Source: Neodothiora populina (Eukaryota). From it: a stretch of 64,000 nucleotides of DNA. The stretch covers positions 434,001 to 498,000 of the forward strand of contig NW_027191411.1 in NCBI RefSeq assembly GCF_041146345.1. Reading direction: 5' to 3'. The position numbers were made by a program, and so were the translations under genes. This document shows, piece after piece, positions 49,123 through 61,232 of this stretch. Below the pieces are notes generated by a model. That model did not search any database. It had not been told where the DNA came from and saw nothing but the letters and a program-made list of their open reading frames with translations. How positions within the stretch are numbered: the stretch's first letter is position 1; every line of letters begins with the position of its first letter.

Positions 49123-50248
49123 CAGCTTTTGTCTTTTGGCTGCATGGTGATAATGCCCTCCTGTCTTCCAAGTGTTATCTTGATGGAGAGCGAGCAAGAG
49201 TATTTTTACAGAATCACATTGATACTGGGTCTTTTGCTCAATCTCATTTGGCATTCATATCAAGGTGGATACATCAAGTGCAAGTTGAGCAGCTTTTGAT
49301 CTTGTGTGATCACCTTTGAATTGATGAGTGGTGCCCAATCCTACTTGCGAAGAGATAATTATGTGTCCGGATCATATGTGTATGATCTTGTAGTGAATTA
49401 CTCATATCACATTGGATATCTCCAACTTGTTGACATGGGTTGTGAGGTTGCACGTGGTAAAACTCTACGACCTTACTTCTCTACCGACCAGACACGATCG
49501 GAATATGACGCCAGCCCAAAGTGCCACTTCGAAGACACACCGTTGCAAAACAAGTGCTACAGATGGAATCATATAGATACTTACACATGCCAGATTCCCA
49601 TGGTCAAGGGGGCCCTGTCATGGGTTGTTCGCGAAGTGAGGGTACTGCGTTATGGCTGCTAGCGAGCGACCAGGGTCGCCCTCGAGACGATTCCATGTCG
49701 AGTAAAATAAAGCTACGACTAATTCATTCTAGCTTGTGTGAGTACGCATGCAAAAGACATTGCGGCTATTGAGGCGTCTAGCAGGGCAAAAAGAAAGACA
49801 AAACAGATTGCAGCTTCTGTGGATCGAACACAGTACCTCCAGATACCGCACAGAATGCTTTTGACTAAAGTAAACTTCAGTCTGGCGCTCTCCCAAGTGA
49901 GCTAAAGCTGCTTGATAGGAGAATTGTGGATTCTAGTAGTATTGATACAAAAACACGCAAGTCGACGTGTCAGTGCTTGGCAAAGGTGGGCTGTTGATCG
50001 ATTTGTTAATTGATTCGTGTCGCGGTCGACGCGCGTGAAATCGCGAGGTTCATTTCCACTTAACGTCGCCATCAGAGCAATTTCCAAACAAAAGACGTTC
50101 ACAACTCCATTTACTACAACCCTTGATGATACTATCCATCAATCTCACCGTAAAACTTCTCTATCACACACACACAGTGCTCTGAAGTTGATAATAAGCT
50201 TCATATCCTATACTCAAGCACAGCACAAAATCCACACATACGCACACC

Positions 50249-51216
50249 ATGGCGGCGGTATCTTTACTTAACGTCGCTGTACGCAACAACCCAGCACCCT
50301 TCAGCTCTCCTTACGAATTCGAAATCACTTTCGAGTGTCTAGAGAAGCTCGAAAAGGATCTTGAGTGGAAACTGACCTATGTGGGATCTGCCACCTCGTA
50401 AGTATTTTTTGTTCATGCGCCATCCAGCATCTCATTGACATTCTGCGTCCTAGCTCTGAACACGACCAAGAACTCGACTCCCTCCTTGTTGGACCAATCC
50501 CAGTCGGCGTCAACAAATTTGTATTCGAGGCAGACCCGCCAAACCTCTCCAAAATCCCCTCCAGCGAAATCCTCGGTGTGACTGTGATCCTGTTGACATG
50601 CTCCTATGACGGCCGTGAGTTTGTTCGTGTGGGATACTACGTCAACAACGAGTACACCGATGAACAGCTCGCGAATGAGCCTCCTGCGAAACCCATTATC
50701 GAAAAGGTCCGACGTGTCATTCTGGCCGAGAAGCCCAGGGTCACTAGATTCGGCATCAAGTGGGACAGCGAGGAGAGCGCGCCTGCTGAGTTCCCGCCCG
50801 ATCAACCCGAGGCTGATGCCGCCGAGGACGACGAGGCCAAGTATGGCGCAGACGAAGAACTTGAGGTCGAGGAGGGTGTGGAAGCTCCCGAGCTGGTCGA
50901 GGGCGAACAAGCTGCCACTGCTGCCATCGCGGTAGAAGGAGAGGATGCTGAAATGGAGGGCACAGACGACAAGAAGGTCGACGACGATGCAGCCTCAGAA
51001 GCCGGCAGCGAAGATCTCGAGGCAGAGAGCTCTGGATCAGAGGACGAGGAGGAAGACGATGAGGAGGGCGAAGGCGAGGCCGAACCGGTCGACGAGGACA
51101 TGGGAGACGTCGCAGACGACAGATCGGCCCATGCTGCAGCTGCAGCGGGTTCAAGTAAGCCTGACGGCAAGGAGAACATCCAGCAACAGCCCAACCCCGA
51201 CCTCATGGTCCATTAG
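50249..51216 (+). CDS. ASF1: Histone H3/H4 chaperone Asf1
   Basis: VSLLNV...[43 protein letters not shown]...[15 protein letters not shown]...PRVTRF, acidic tail, one intron; CGCG-rich (MCB-like) promoter at ~50020-50047. Confidence 0.97.
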
Positions 51217-51480
51217 ACGCTGACGCACCCGACCATGGGAGTACTTGGAGAGGCATACACTGCGGGCATGATTCGTCGGTTACCGTTACGGACAGCATTG
51301 CGGGGAAATAGTTGCAGCAGAGGCATTGGCGCGCTTGAGTCTTATGACTTTATTACATTTCTTAACGAGAGCATGTTTCCACCGACTTTCTTACTGTACT
51401 GAATCTCCGCCCCAATCTTGCTGTGTCGATGTATGCTTCACCATTCTTTCATTTATGCTCCACGGAGCGCTCATGTCATG

Positions 51481-51848
51481 TTCATCCAAGTCTGACTGGC
51501 CATTCATCCAAAGCTCGACTGCTCGTTCGTCTGAGGTTGATTGTCTAAGGTTGACTGTCAAGTCTGACTGCCTGTTTATTTATGGTCGCTTGCTTGTTTA
51601 CCCAAGTATGACCGCTTGTTAATTCAAGCCTAAATGCCAGTTCTCCTAGGCTTGGGTGCCCGTTGGTCTAAGTTTAACTGCTTGTTCATTCATGGTTGAC
51701 TACCCAAGATCGACTATCCATGGTTGACCTTCCAGGGTTGATTCTTCGTTCGTTCAAGGCTGATTACTTGGTCACCTAAAGCTGACTGGCCGTTCAATTA
51801 AGGCTCACTGCTCGTTCTTCCTAAGGTTGACCGCGTGTTCATCTTGAC
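51481..51848. repeat. Degenerate 22-bp minisatellite with 14-bp sub-units
   Basis: About 18 units approximating TTCATYCAAGGYTGACTGCTYG, e.g. TTCATCCAAGTCTGACTGGCCA, TTTACCCAAGTATGACCGCTTG, TTCGTTCAAGGCTGATTACTTG, TTCAATTAAGGCTCACTGCTCG. Confidence 0.8.
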
Positions 51849-51991
51849 CCTCGATCCAGTCATATATCCTTTATCTTGCTTCACATATCCGGTACACCTG
51901 CAGGAGTCTGTTGCCATACGACCACAACATGCGATGAGTGGGTGAACTTGATGAAGCCTCGAGACTGGGGGATGGACCCCGCATGTCTTTA

Positions 51992-52143
51992 CAGTCATGG
52001 ACCATTGACCAATCACCGAGTAAGTCACTGACCAGCCATCGAGGGATCATCAAGGATTCATTAGACAGTCAATGAGTATTCATTAAGGGCTCGTCGGCTT
52101 TTCGTTGGGGATTCGTCAACTGTTCATTAGGGAGTCATTAACT
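51992..52143. repeat. Degenerate ~11-bp-period TCATTGA array (family copy C)
   Basis: CATTGACCAATCACCGAGTAAGTCACTGACCAGCCATCGAGG aligns with CATTGATCATTTACCGGGTGGTCATTGACTAGTCATTGAGG of copy B. Confidence 0.6.
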
Positions 52144-53007
52144 GTGCAGGTGGGTGTCCATTCACTGCGAACGAGTTCTTTTGTACAGCTGCTGTTGTAG
52201 ACTCTTCTTATGTCCTGTCGTACGTAATCGCAATACGCTTTGCTTCAGACCTAAGATCTCAGGTATCAAGAGCCATAGATAAGTGCTTTCAGAAGTGCAA
52301 GATACGTGGTAGCTATTATGTGTTAGAAAAGACTACTTGAGGTTCGATATCTACGAGCACGTGACCAGTTGCTGAAATATACCCAGCACTCCCCACATAG
52401 ACTTCCTCTACAACATACTTTCTCATCATTCTACATTATCCAATATGTCTCTCCTCTGTATAGGTTCCCAATATTCAGTAGGGCCTCCTGGAATCGTTAT
52501 GCTACGAAGAGAAGTTGTGCATCGCGTTTGTGCATATCCAAAGCATCTTCAAGCGTTCAGCTGGCTAATTGTTTTAGCCTTGTCAACGAGTCGGCTATTA
52601 TTGCCGCAGAATAAAGCACAGCGTGTCTACTGTATGACTGCGGACACAAGGACCCGGTTCGCCAGGCCAACTCCTTTGGCCTTGTTAGCGACTCGGCGAT
52701 CACAAAAGAAGCACACATGACTACGGGATCCACTTCCCTCCAACCAACTCTTTTGGCCTCGTCGATAAATCGGCGATCGCCAACGAAGCACACTCAGCCA
52801 GTCCGTATGACAGCAGGGATCCACTTGGAGGTCAGTGAGGAGCGCATCTATTGGTCGCTGAAAGCGCTCAGGCCGCAAGCAATCTCCCTACTGCACCAAC
52901 CACCCCAACCACTCTTCTATCAATTTCCATGCCCTTTGCTTGCTCTTGGTCTGAGCGTCTCTGAGAGGGGTATATATACACCTCTTTACCCGCTCCCTCT
53001 TCATTTC

Positions 53008-53257
53008 ACCAGTCTCGTACGATTTTCTGGTTCCCTTGTACAGCAGCACATTTGCTAACAATCCTCACAGTTTGCCTTTTGGCTTAGATCAAGTGTAGTA
53101 TCTGTTCTTTTCAGTTTAATCTCTGAAACACTCCTACGGGAGTATTTATTGATTATACTTATTTTTGGAAATAGGTCTCCGGGTGCTCTGAGCTTGCTCA
53201 TCCTCGGGACCACAGTGTCGCTCGTATTGCACTACCTCGAGCTGACGCGAACCCACC
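53008..53257 (+). ncRNA. U2: U2 spliceosomal snRNA, interrupted by a predicted 54-nt spliceosomal intron (53017-53070)
   Basis: TTTGCCTTTTGGCTTAGATCAAGTGTAGTATCTGTTCTTTTCAG includes the branch-pairing GTAGTA; Sm site ATTTTTGG at 53161; loop IV ATTGCAC; T-run after 53258; TATA at 52971. The 5' nonamer ACCAGTCTC is separated by GTACGA...GCTAAC...CAG. Confidence 0.95.
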
Positions 53258-53409
53258 CTTTTTTTTCATTGGTATCCTGGCTCATTTCGAGCTGGGTTCT
53301 GAAGAAGAAAAACCTGTTCAGAGCTTCGTGAAAGGGGTTGGATCAGCTGCTACAGATGCTGTATTGTGTAATCGATGCACTGTCAGTGCTGAGTGTTGTG
53401 ATTGTGCTT

Positions 53410-53433
53410 TGTGTGTGTGTGTGTGTGTGTGTG
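53410..53433. repeat. (TG)n microsatellite
   Basis: About 12 TG units. Confidence 0.9.
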
Positions 53434-53603
53434 GTTGTGGCAGAATAAAATCACTAGTGCATTAGTGGATAGGTTAGTCAAACTCACTTTCACTTCAATA
53501 CAGCTCACCACCTCAGGACTGCAGGCCGGCAACAATTTACCCGAAGCTTGGCCCCACACCAATCAAAAAATATAGATCAGATCAAGCACCATCTTTTCAG
53601 CAG

Positions 53604-53677
53604 TCTTCCGTGGCGCAATTGGCTAGCGCGTTCGACTGTTAATCGAGAGGTTCCTAGTTCAAGCCTAGGCGGGAGAG
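53604..53677 (+). tRNA. tRNA-Asn(GTT), copy 2
   Basis: Identical 74-nt sequence to 48556-48629. Confidence 0.96.
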
Positions 53678-54286
53678 CAATTTCTTTTGCACATTCGAGC
53701 CCCATATATCCAACAAGCGATATCACCATTTTTCGCCCGCGACCGTAGTCATTTTTCCGTATACGTTGTTCAAAAAAGCATATAGCATACGCACATCCAT
53801 GACTATAAGAGTATTGGAGTCAGAAACGGATCAAAAGACAGTTAGGAAACGGCTTTCGCGGACTTTCGGCTCTCTGGGTTCATGTGCTCTATCCACCACG
53901 ACATCTTCGGCATCTCAGCCCTCCTTGGCACGACCCAGCCCTCTACTGTCATACCGCGTGATCCGAATAGTATATTGAAATCGAGACGTTTACGAGTGGG
54001 CTTCCGCATAGCTTATCTGGACATTGGTGCTGAATCGCAAGATTTTCGTGGACTGTATAAGGTAAGTAGTCCAAGTCGGCTCCAAAGGGAGCACTCCACT
54101 CTATGCAGTGGCGCCAAGGTCTGCGGAATGACGCACAAACTTGCTGTGATGCTTCCCAAGGTACGCTTGCGCGGCAAGCTTGCACGACCGCTTCTGACCA
54201 TCGACCCTTTTATTTACTTATCCAGGCTCTACCTGTCGAGCCTTTCATACAAGTATCTTTGTTGAGATAAGCTATACACCTCAAGT

Positions 54287-57200
54287 ATGGCAGGTCTTCT
54301 TCGTGGCAAGCAGGTCGGGATACAGAATGATCTATCTGCTGGCATCCTGCCCGAATTCTTTGCTATTGACGATGTAAGGCTGCAACACCCGATAATATCA
54401 TGGTTATCTTATACTAATCAAAACCACAGCTAGCTCGATTCGGCATCAACTCTCAAATATGTGCTTTAGCATATGATCCCGTACAGTCTCTGCTTGCTGT
54501 CGGCACCAGGGACAGTAAATTTGGTCCTGGTCAAATCTATGTATTCGGGCGGCACCGAGTGAATGTCGTCTTTTCTCTACTCCAGAGGGCAACAGCTTCA
54601 ACGTTGCAGTTTTGTGCAGAAAAACTCATCTGTCTTGACTCTAAGCATGATCTATCAATCTTCTCGCTTGAAGCCAAGAAGCTTGTCGCTACTTACTCAC
54701 CACCTGGAGTGGCCACCGCCCTCGCTACAGATCCCATGCTTGACTATGCAATGTTGGGTATGCAGACTGGTGATATCATTGCCTATGACCTGGATCGTGA
54801 ACATGTTGCCCCCTTCCGAATACCAAACCTCTGGGCTGAGTATGATTCGCGGGCCCGAGTTTCGCCTATCGTCAGTCTGGCCTTCCATCCTAGAGACATT
54901 GGCAAAATACTTATTGGTTATACTAATGGCGCGGCCGTGTATTCCTTCAAGCAAAACAAAGCACAGTGTTTTTTCAATTACGAGATTCCTCCAGGCGCAC
55001 CGGGCGGCGATGCAGATCCAGCTTCAATGAACACCATTCGACGACCCAAACTCACGCAGGCAGTGTGGCACCCTACAGGAACCTTTATTCTCACAGGCCA
55101 TGAAGACAGTTCAATCGTCATCTGGGACCCCAAGGATGGAAGAATCATCCTGGCTCGAACCATTACCGAGACCAATATCAATAAGCCAGGTGCAGCTATA
55201 GCTACATCTTTGTCTGGCACAGTCACTGTGAAAGAGCCCATTTTTCGCATCGCATGGTGCGCTAAGAACGATCCTGATGACACTGCAATCCTGATTGCTG
55301 GAGGCTCTGCCACGAACAGTCCGACCAAAGGCTTAACGCTGTGGGAATTGGGTCGCACTCCTGTTTATGCTACATCATCATGGGAAGTTCTCAGCAAGCA
55401 TTTCGAATCTCCTGTTCGCCAGCGCATTCTACCGACTCCACCAAATGCCGAGGTGATGGGTTTCTGTCTTATCCCGCGCTCCTCGCCACATTTTGCAGGA
55501 GCGCAAGATCCGATTGCCATTCTCGGTATTCTTTCTTCGGGGGAGATCATCACATTGTCATTCCCAAGTGGGATACCGATCTCACCAACAAATCAGCTAC
55601 ACGTGTCCATGACCTTCGTTCATCCATTCATAAGACGGGTGAACATGGCGGTGGTGGACCGAGATAGATGGCTCGGCATGACTGAAGCTCGCTCGTCGGG
55701 TCCGCGGATGTTGAAAGGCGGCCTCGAAGCACCACTCCCAATGCGACGCTTCGAAAGCAGAAACATTGTGCAAACAATCCATGCTGATGGCACCGTCAGG
55801 ATCTGGGACGCAGGACATGGCGATGAGCTTGAGAACCCCAAAGTCCTTCAAGTCGATGTTGGCAGAGCTGTTGGCCGTGTTGAAGGTGTTGACATTACAT
55901 GCACTTCGCTTGCCGGCGCAAGCGGCGAGTTTGTAGCCGGTACGAGGAGCGGTGATGCCGCCATCTTTCGCTGGGGCCACAACAGAAACGCTGGCCATGA
56001 GATACCGCCATCAGGTCCGAACAAGACAGATGCTCTTACGAACATCGTCAACAGAACAGACCCTCTGCTCTCAGAAGGCTTGTGTCCATTCACACTGTTA
56101 AACCTCGACAACGGTCCTATCAGCGCTGTGAAGTTCAGCGATGTCGGATTTGTAGCCATCGCGGCGGAAGGCGGAAAGATTGCAATAATAGATATGCGTG
56201 GTCCTGCGATTATTTATACAGGCAACACGAGAGACCTACGAGGTGGTCCAAGAATTGGAAGTATCCGACGCAGAGGCAGTTCAGAGGTTCGCCCCGACTG
56301 GGTCACTTGCTTGGAGTTCAGCGTAAGTTCACACAGCTATATTTTGGGAATTGAACTAACGACCGTAGTGCATGACCGTCGAAGGTGACAACTACTCAAG
56401 TATACTACTCCATGCGGGAACACATCTCGGTAAAGTAGGGACTTTTAAGATCGTTCCTGATTCCAGTGGGCGCTACACTGCACAATTCGCTGGTTCGACG
56501 TCAGTCGAAGGCAGAGTGATACACATCGCGCCAATTGACGCCCATACTGGCAAACATGCATATGCTTCGCAGAACGTTGTGGCCAATCTCCGCAGTGGCT
56601 TCAAAGTCGATGGAGCCGTGATGGCAGTCACACCATCCGAAGTCAGGCTATTCCGACCAGCTACAGGAAAGGGTGCCCACAAGTCATTTGACAATTACTT
56701 CTGCGATGCTGTCGCAGTCGCTAGATACCAAGACCAAGGACACGCTCTCGTAGGACTCTTCGGAGATGGCTCGGTCCGTGCTTACTCGATACCTGCACTG
56801 AAAGAGATTGCGTCTGCCAAGATTAGCCACATCTTGGACGTGAGAAGATTCCCCGATTCGGTCATCACGACAAATGGTAATATCCTTGGGTGGACTGGAC
56901 CATCTGAGATGGCACTGATCAATGTATGGGGTACTGGTCAACTCCTGCCAAAGTCAGAGGACAAGATCTTCAATCCTGAAGCAGTGCTGCCACCGCGCCC
57001 CACAATCTCAAATCTGCAGTGGATTTCTGGCTCCCAATATATCACCCCTTCGGATATGGATGTTCTCAGTAAGTAGGAACACTGCTGGTTTATTGATAGT
57101 TTATCTAACATCCCATAGTCGGTGGCCCTGACCGTCCTCCGTCGAAGAGAATGATTGCTCAAGCACGCTCAGAGGAACAGCAGCGCCTTGCTGCCGAGCG

Positions 57201-57483
57201 TGCGTCTGGTTCGCACAGGAACACAGCACATGCAGACGAGGGCTATTGGGCATACATGCAACGCCAGATCCAGGAGCGTACCGAGAATCTCAATATCATG
57301 GGAGACAACATGCAAAGCCTCGAAGAGAACAGTGCAGGCTGGGCAAACGATGTCAACAAGTTTGTTTCTCAGCAGAAGAAAAATGCTGTTACTGGCAGTG
57401 AGTATTCCTAATGTTCTCGCACCCTCGCGTAACGTTGCTAATCATCTTGCTCGACAGTCATCAAAGCCAAATTTGGCTTCTAG
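54287..57483 (+). CDS. SRO7: Sro7/Sro77 (tomosyn / lethal giant larvae-like) WD40 exocytosis regulator
   Basis: RFGI...LAYDPVQSLLAVGT, WD40 repeats (FHPRDIG, WHPTGTFILTGHED), DGTVRIWD, and a C-terminal R-SNARE-like segment (ERTENLNIMGDNM..LEENS); four introns. Confidence 0.93.
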
Positions 57484-57992
57484 AGAGATGTTGTAATGGT
57501 ATTGGCGGAAAGTTTAGCAGCCCACATAGAAAAGTATGATACCCATGTTTAATGCTACATGCCGTGTTTAGATACAGCGCGAGAGCGTCTTACAAGCAAA
57601 TCGCCTACTACTGGGATTTAAACTTGGTAATGGTGACAGCTATCTCGGCTGCACTCAGGGCATCCACGTCGAATTTGCCAAAGGATTCGTATCACAGGCT
57701 TTAGTGCCATGATCCATGGCCTATTTTTAAGCAGGGAGCATTTACGTTTATAATACAGCAGCAAAACTATCTTGATCCTTCAAGCCTTCCAAGCCTCTCA
57801 GATCTTTGAAGTCTTCCGAGCCCTCCATGGGAAACTTCCAGTACAAGCAGTGAATTCCAGCATCACAGCGACGATAAAGACACCGCGATAAGGCACGTGT
57901 TAAAGAAGCAGAGAACCGCACTTTACACACAACTTATCTACAGGATCTCGTGAGGTACAGTAGTAGTACACACAACTAATCATTAACCATGC

Positions 57993-58320
57993 TACAGTAT
58001 GCGCGTCTGTCTTTCTTCCTCGGTGCCCCGTTCGCGCGACCATGGTGGGACCTACTCAAGCTTCATACGAGACAATCTGCGTCGAGGAGGTGAAATAATT
58101 GCCTCTTTAAAAGAGGTTGAGATCCTGCCTCAGACCTACCGCTATCGGGGTTACAGTATGCTCGTCTGTCTGTCTATCTGTCGTCCTCGGTGCCCGGTTC
58201 GCGTGATCATAATTGGATTTACTCAAGCCTTATGCAAGACCTTGTGCATCGAGAAGGTACAAAACTTGCCTGTTTAGAAGAAGTTGAGATCCTGCCTAGA
58301 CCTACCGTCATCGGGGCTAC
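57993..58320. repeat. Diverged head-to-tail tandem duplication of ~160 bp
   Basis: Two copies begin TACAGTATGC (57993 and 58152) and end GTTGAGATCCTGCCT(C)AGACCTACCG..ATCGGGG. Confidence 0.85.
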
Positions 58321-58755
58321 ACCCTAGACGCGAAATCGCCGACTTACGTTGAGCGAGTGATTGGTCGAATAAGACTCGAACATCAGCGCCGAGGTATCGA
58401 GATGGAAAGGGGGGTTTCTCTGGGAACGGCTTTACACGTACACTTCTTACTAGTCGTGCAGCTCTTGAACGAGGAGGATTTCACTCACACACACGGATCT
58501 TTTTCTGCATCTCTCGTTGTCGAAAGTCATTGAAGTACTTCAACCATTTCTCAAGACTGACTTGCTTCTTCCTTTGCATCTATCCTCGAGACTTGCTTCT
58601 TCCTTTATACCCATTTTGAGAACGTGAAAGATTCACTTTCTAATCGAGATTGCAACGCAGAAGCTCTTGCGTGCAGACAAAAACATTCCAAATCCCACAA
58701 GCTACTCCTCATCGGTCGAGTTTGTCATCTCACTTCTCGTGAAAGCCTCGGAATC

Positions 58756-60495
58756 ATGGAAGATGATCACCACCAAATGAATCGTCCGCGTTCTTCTCTT
58801 ACCGCAGCAAACGCATCTAGTCCGTCAGATTCCAGCAGCATGTCGTCTTCGTCATCGTCATCGGCGGGCACAAGCGAAGTGCATGGCCCACGTGAGTCTG
58901 GCAATGGTACCGAAAGTGTGTCTCTGGCACTTGATCGTCTTCTACTTCATGCGGATCAAGAAGAGGACGCCGAAGGCGAGGTTGTCGATGAGATTGTCTA
59001 TGACGAACACGAGGCGTATGATGGTCGTGCATTCGACATATTTGAGGACTTTAGCTATTATGTCGAGCACATCGAGCACATAGAGCATATTGACTACACC
59101 AGCCATGACGATCAAGTTGGCGTGCCAGCCTTCGAGTCAGCAGCTGATAACACTGATGGAAATCTACTGTCATTAAATCAAGAACCATCCATCACTGCAA
59201 CCACCTTCAGCATTCCCAGGCACAGAACTCGTCCCCAGCACCATGAATTCCATCGATTTTCCGCCGCTCTAATGCGCACTCCTCCAATCGCACACTCAGA
59301 GGATCCAACTCTGACAACGAACATCGATTCAGCACCTCGTTACTTCAATCCGTTACTTCCAACAACGCAAGCACATGCTTCTTCACTACCATTTCTTCTG
59401 GCGGCCCTAGGGGATGACGCATTAGCATCATCGAGCAGTGCTTTCGACAGAACAGCAGCAGCAGTCACTGGACCAGTTGCCTTGCTCACGACCCAGGCCC
59501 GTCGCGACTTCTTGGATTTTCTCTTCTTGCACCTGCGCGTGCCCACCGAGTGGGATCCACACGACACGACACTCGACTGGGCTCGCATAGAGTCCGAAGG
59601 TCTGCTGCCGTCTACAATGGACATCGCCCTCGCTGCTTCCCTCGCAGCCGAACGCACAGGTGACGGAGATGCGCGCACTGCTCATGGCAACAACGGCCAC
59701 CAGGCGAGCATCAGCGACAACATCTACGTGCAATACCAAGCGCGTAGACAAGTCCCCGGGAGCAGTCTGCTGGTGCGCGAGACGCGCGCCGTGGATCTCG
59801 CGCCTGAGCCCGCTGGCTCGCCTCCTCCTGTGCCTGAGCAGGGACATGCTCCCAGGGAGCTGTCGCGGTCGTCGTCGCCAGATGCCTTCTCTGAATATGA
59901 CGAGGCTCGCGCGGCAGCACTCAGGGCAGAAACCGCCCGCACCGACGCCGTGGCCAGGGCCGAGATGAGCATAGGTCCTGATGTGGACTTGTCTACGCCT
60001 GGATCGACCTTCTCCCCTGCTGGGCCTGTGCCCCTCTCGCCACCTTCCAGCGCTCCTCCTCCCGGCTGCGAGAACACAGCCCCGGCTCTGGACATCATCA
60101 CACCCCGCGATCTCCAATCCGCGATTTCTGTGCTGACAGCGTGCGCGACACTATACACCGTGTCCGAGGCGCAGCGGGCTCTTGTTCCTGGGTCTGAGGG
60201 CCCTGCCGTTGCCTTTTCCGCTGCACCTTCCGCTGCATCTCCCGCAGAAGCAGAAGAGGTGACACCAGCCAGGACTGTTGTTGTCTTCTACCCCTCGGAG
60301 GCTCAAGTGGAGCACTTGAGATCTGTGCTGGGAGAGACGGCGTGGGAGAGGTTGAGTGGCTGGGTTGAGCAACTCGAGGGCGCTGCGGGGCATGGTCGTG
60401 CAGCGGGTCGTGAGGGGAGGGGTGAGGGGGGAGGAGAAGAGGTGAGAGGGCTGAGGGGTGGAGACAGGATCGTGCTTGTGTGGCGGTCTGGGTAG
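58756..60495 (+). CDS. Hypothetical low-complexity protein
   Basis: Uninterrupted ORF of ~580 codons from ATG 58756, Ser/Ala/Pro/acidic rich; no recognised domain. Confidence 0.55.
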   Translation: MEDDHHQMNRPRSSLTAANASSPSDSSSMSSSSSSSAGTSEVHGPRESGNGTESVSLALDRLLLHADQEEDAEGEVVDEIVYDEHEAYDGRAFDIFEDFSYYVEHIEHIEHIDYTSHDDQVGVPAFESAADNTDGNLLSLNQEPSITATTFSIPRHRTRPQHHEFHRFSAALMRTPPIAHSEDPTLTTNIDSAPRYFNPLLPTTQAHASSLPFLLAALGDDALASSSSAFDRTAAAVTGPVALLTTQARRDFLDFLFLHLRVPTEWDPHDTTLDWARIESEGLLPSTMDIALAASLAAERTGDGDARTAHGNNGHQASISDNIYVQYQARRQVPGSSLLVRETRAVDLAPEPAGSPPPVPEQGHAPRELSRSSSPDAFSEYDEARAAALRAETARTDAVARAEMSIGPDVDLSTPGSTFSPAGPVPLSPPSSAPPPGCENTAPALDIITPRDLQSAISVLTACATLYTVSEAQRALVPGSEGPAVAFSAAPSAASPAEAEEVTPARTVVVFYPSEAQVEHLRSVLGETAWERLSGWVEQLEGAAGHGRAAGREGRGEGGGEEVRGLRGGDRIVLVWRSG

Positions 60496-61232
60496 TGCGG
60501 GCGCTGGGGTGCTCTCCCGCCTGTCTTCTTGGTGCCATGCTGGTGGTTTATGGATGGAGCGGGGTGGTTTGGCGGTTTTGTATGCTGATGGAGATGGGAG
60601 GAAGAGAGGACGGAGGCGCGGGCCTGAACCGAGGTGGAAGGGGGTCTGGCGGAGAAGGGGCCGCTCCACCCTTTCTTGCTTGTGATGATCAAGTGAATGG
60701 GTAGGGGTACTGTGAGAATAGATGAAAAGAGAAGAAAACTTTCGAATCCTCAAGATGTGTTCAGTGAATGTTGAAAGGAGTGAAGTTTGAGCGAGTAGGT
60801 TCTGTAGAGGGACAAGACACAGGGAGGAGGTGCAGTAAGTAGAGTGCAGGGGTGAGTGACTAGGATTAGTCACGCGATGAGGAATAGAGAAGTTGAACCC
60901 ATGCTTCAGTGCTGGTCTTCAACTATCATTATTCGCCATCATCACTTACCATCGTCATTGCCGTCATCATAAAATACAAAGCTGGATTGTAGCATCGTCA
61001 GGAGCTGGCCGTAACATACAACAATCGCTTTGTGTCTTTGTTTTGGCCTTCAATCGCATATCAGAGTTTCAATTACAGAAGTGGTATGTACATGACATGA
61101 ATGCAATCAACAAAGCTTCGGCGCTAGCGTTAGGAGGAAAGAAGGACATACAAAATACTTCAGCAGTTCTTTGCGAATTAGAATACAAGGGGAGAATCCA
61201 GACGATTGGAAGACAGTAGAAAAATCCACCGA

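Noticed and set aside
51481..52143. Possible CRISPR-like array
   Set aside because: Units are contiguous degenerate repeats with no unique spacers, there are no cas genes, and the context is eukaryotic.
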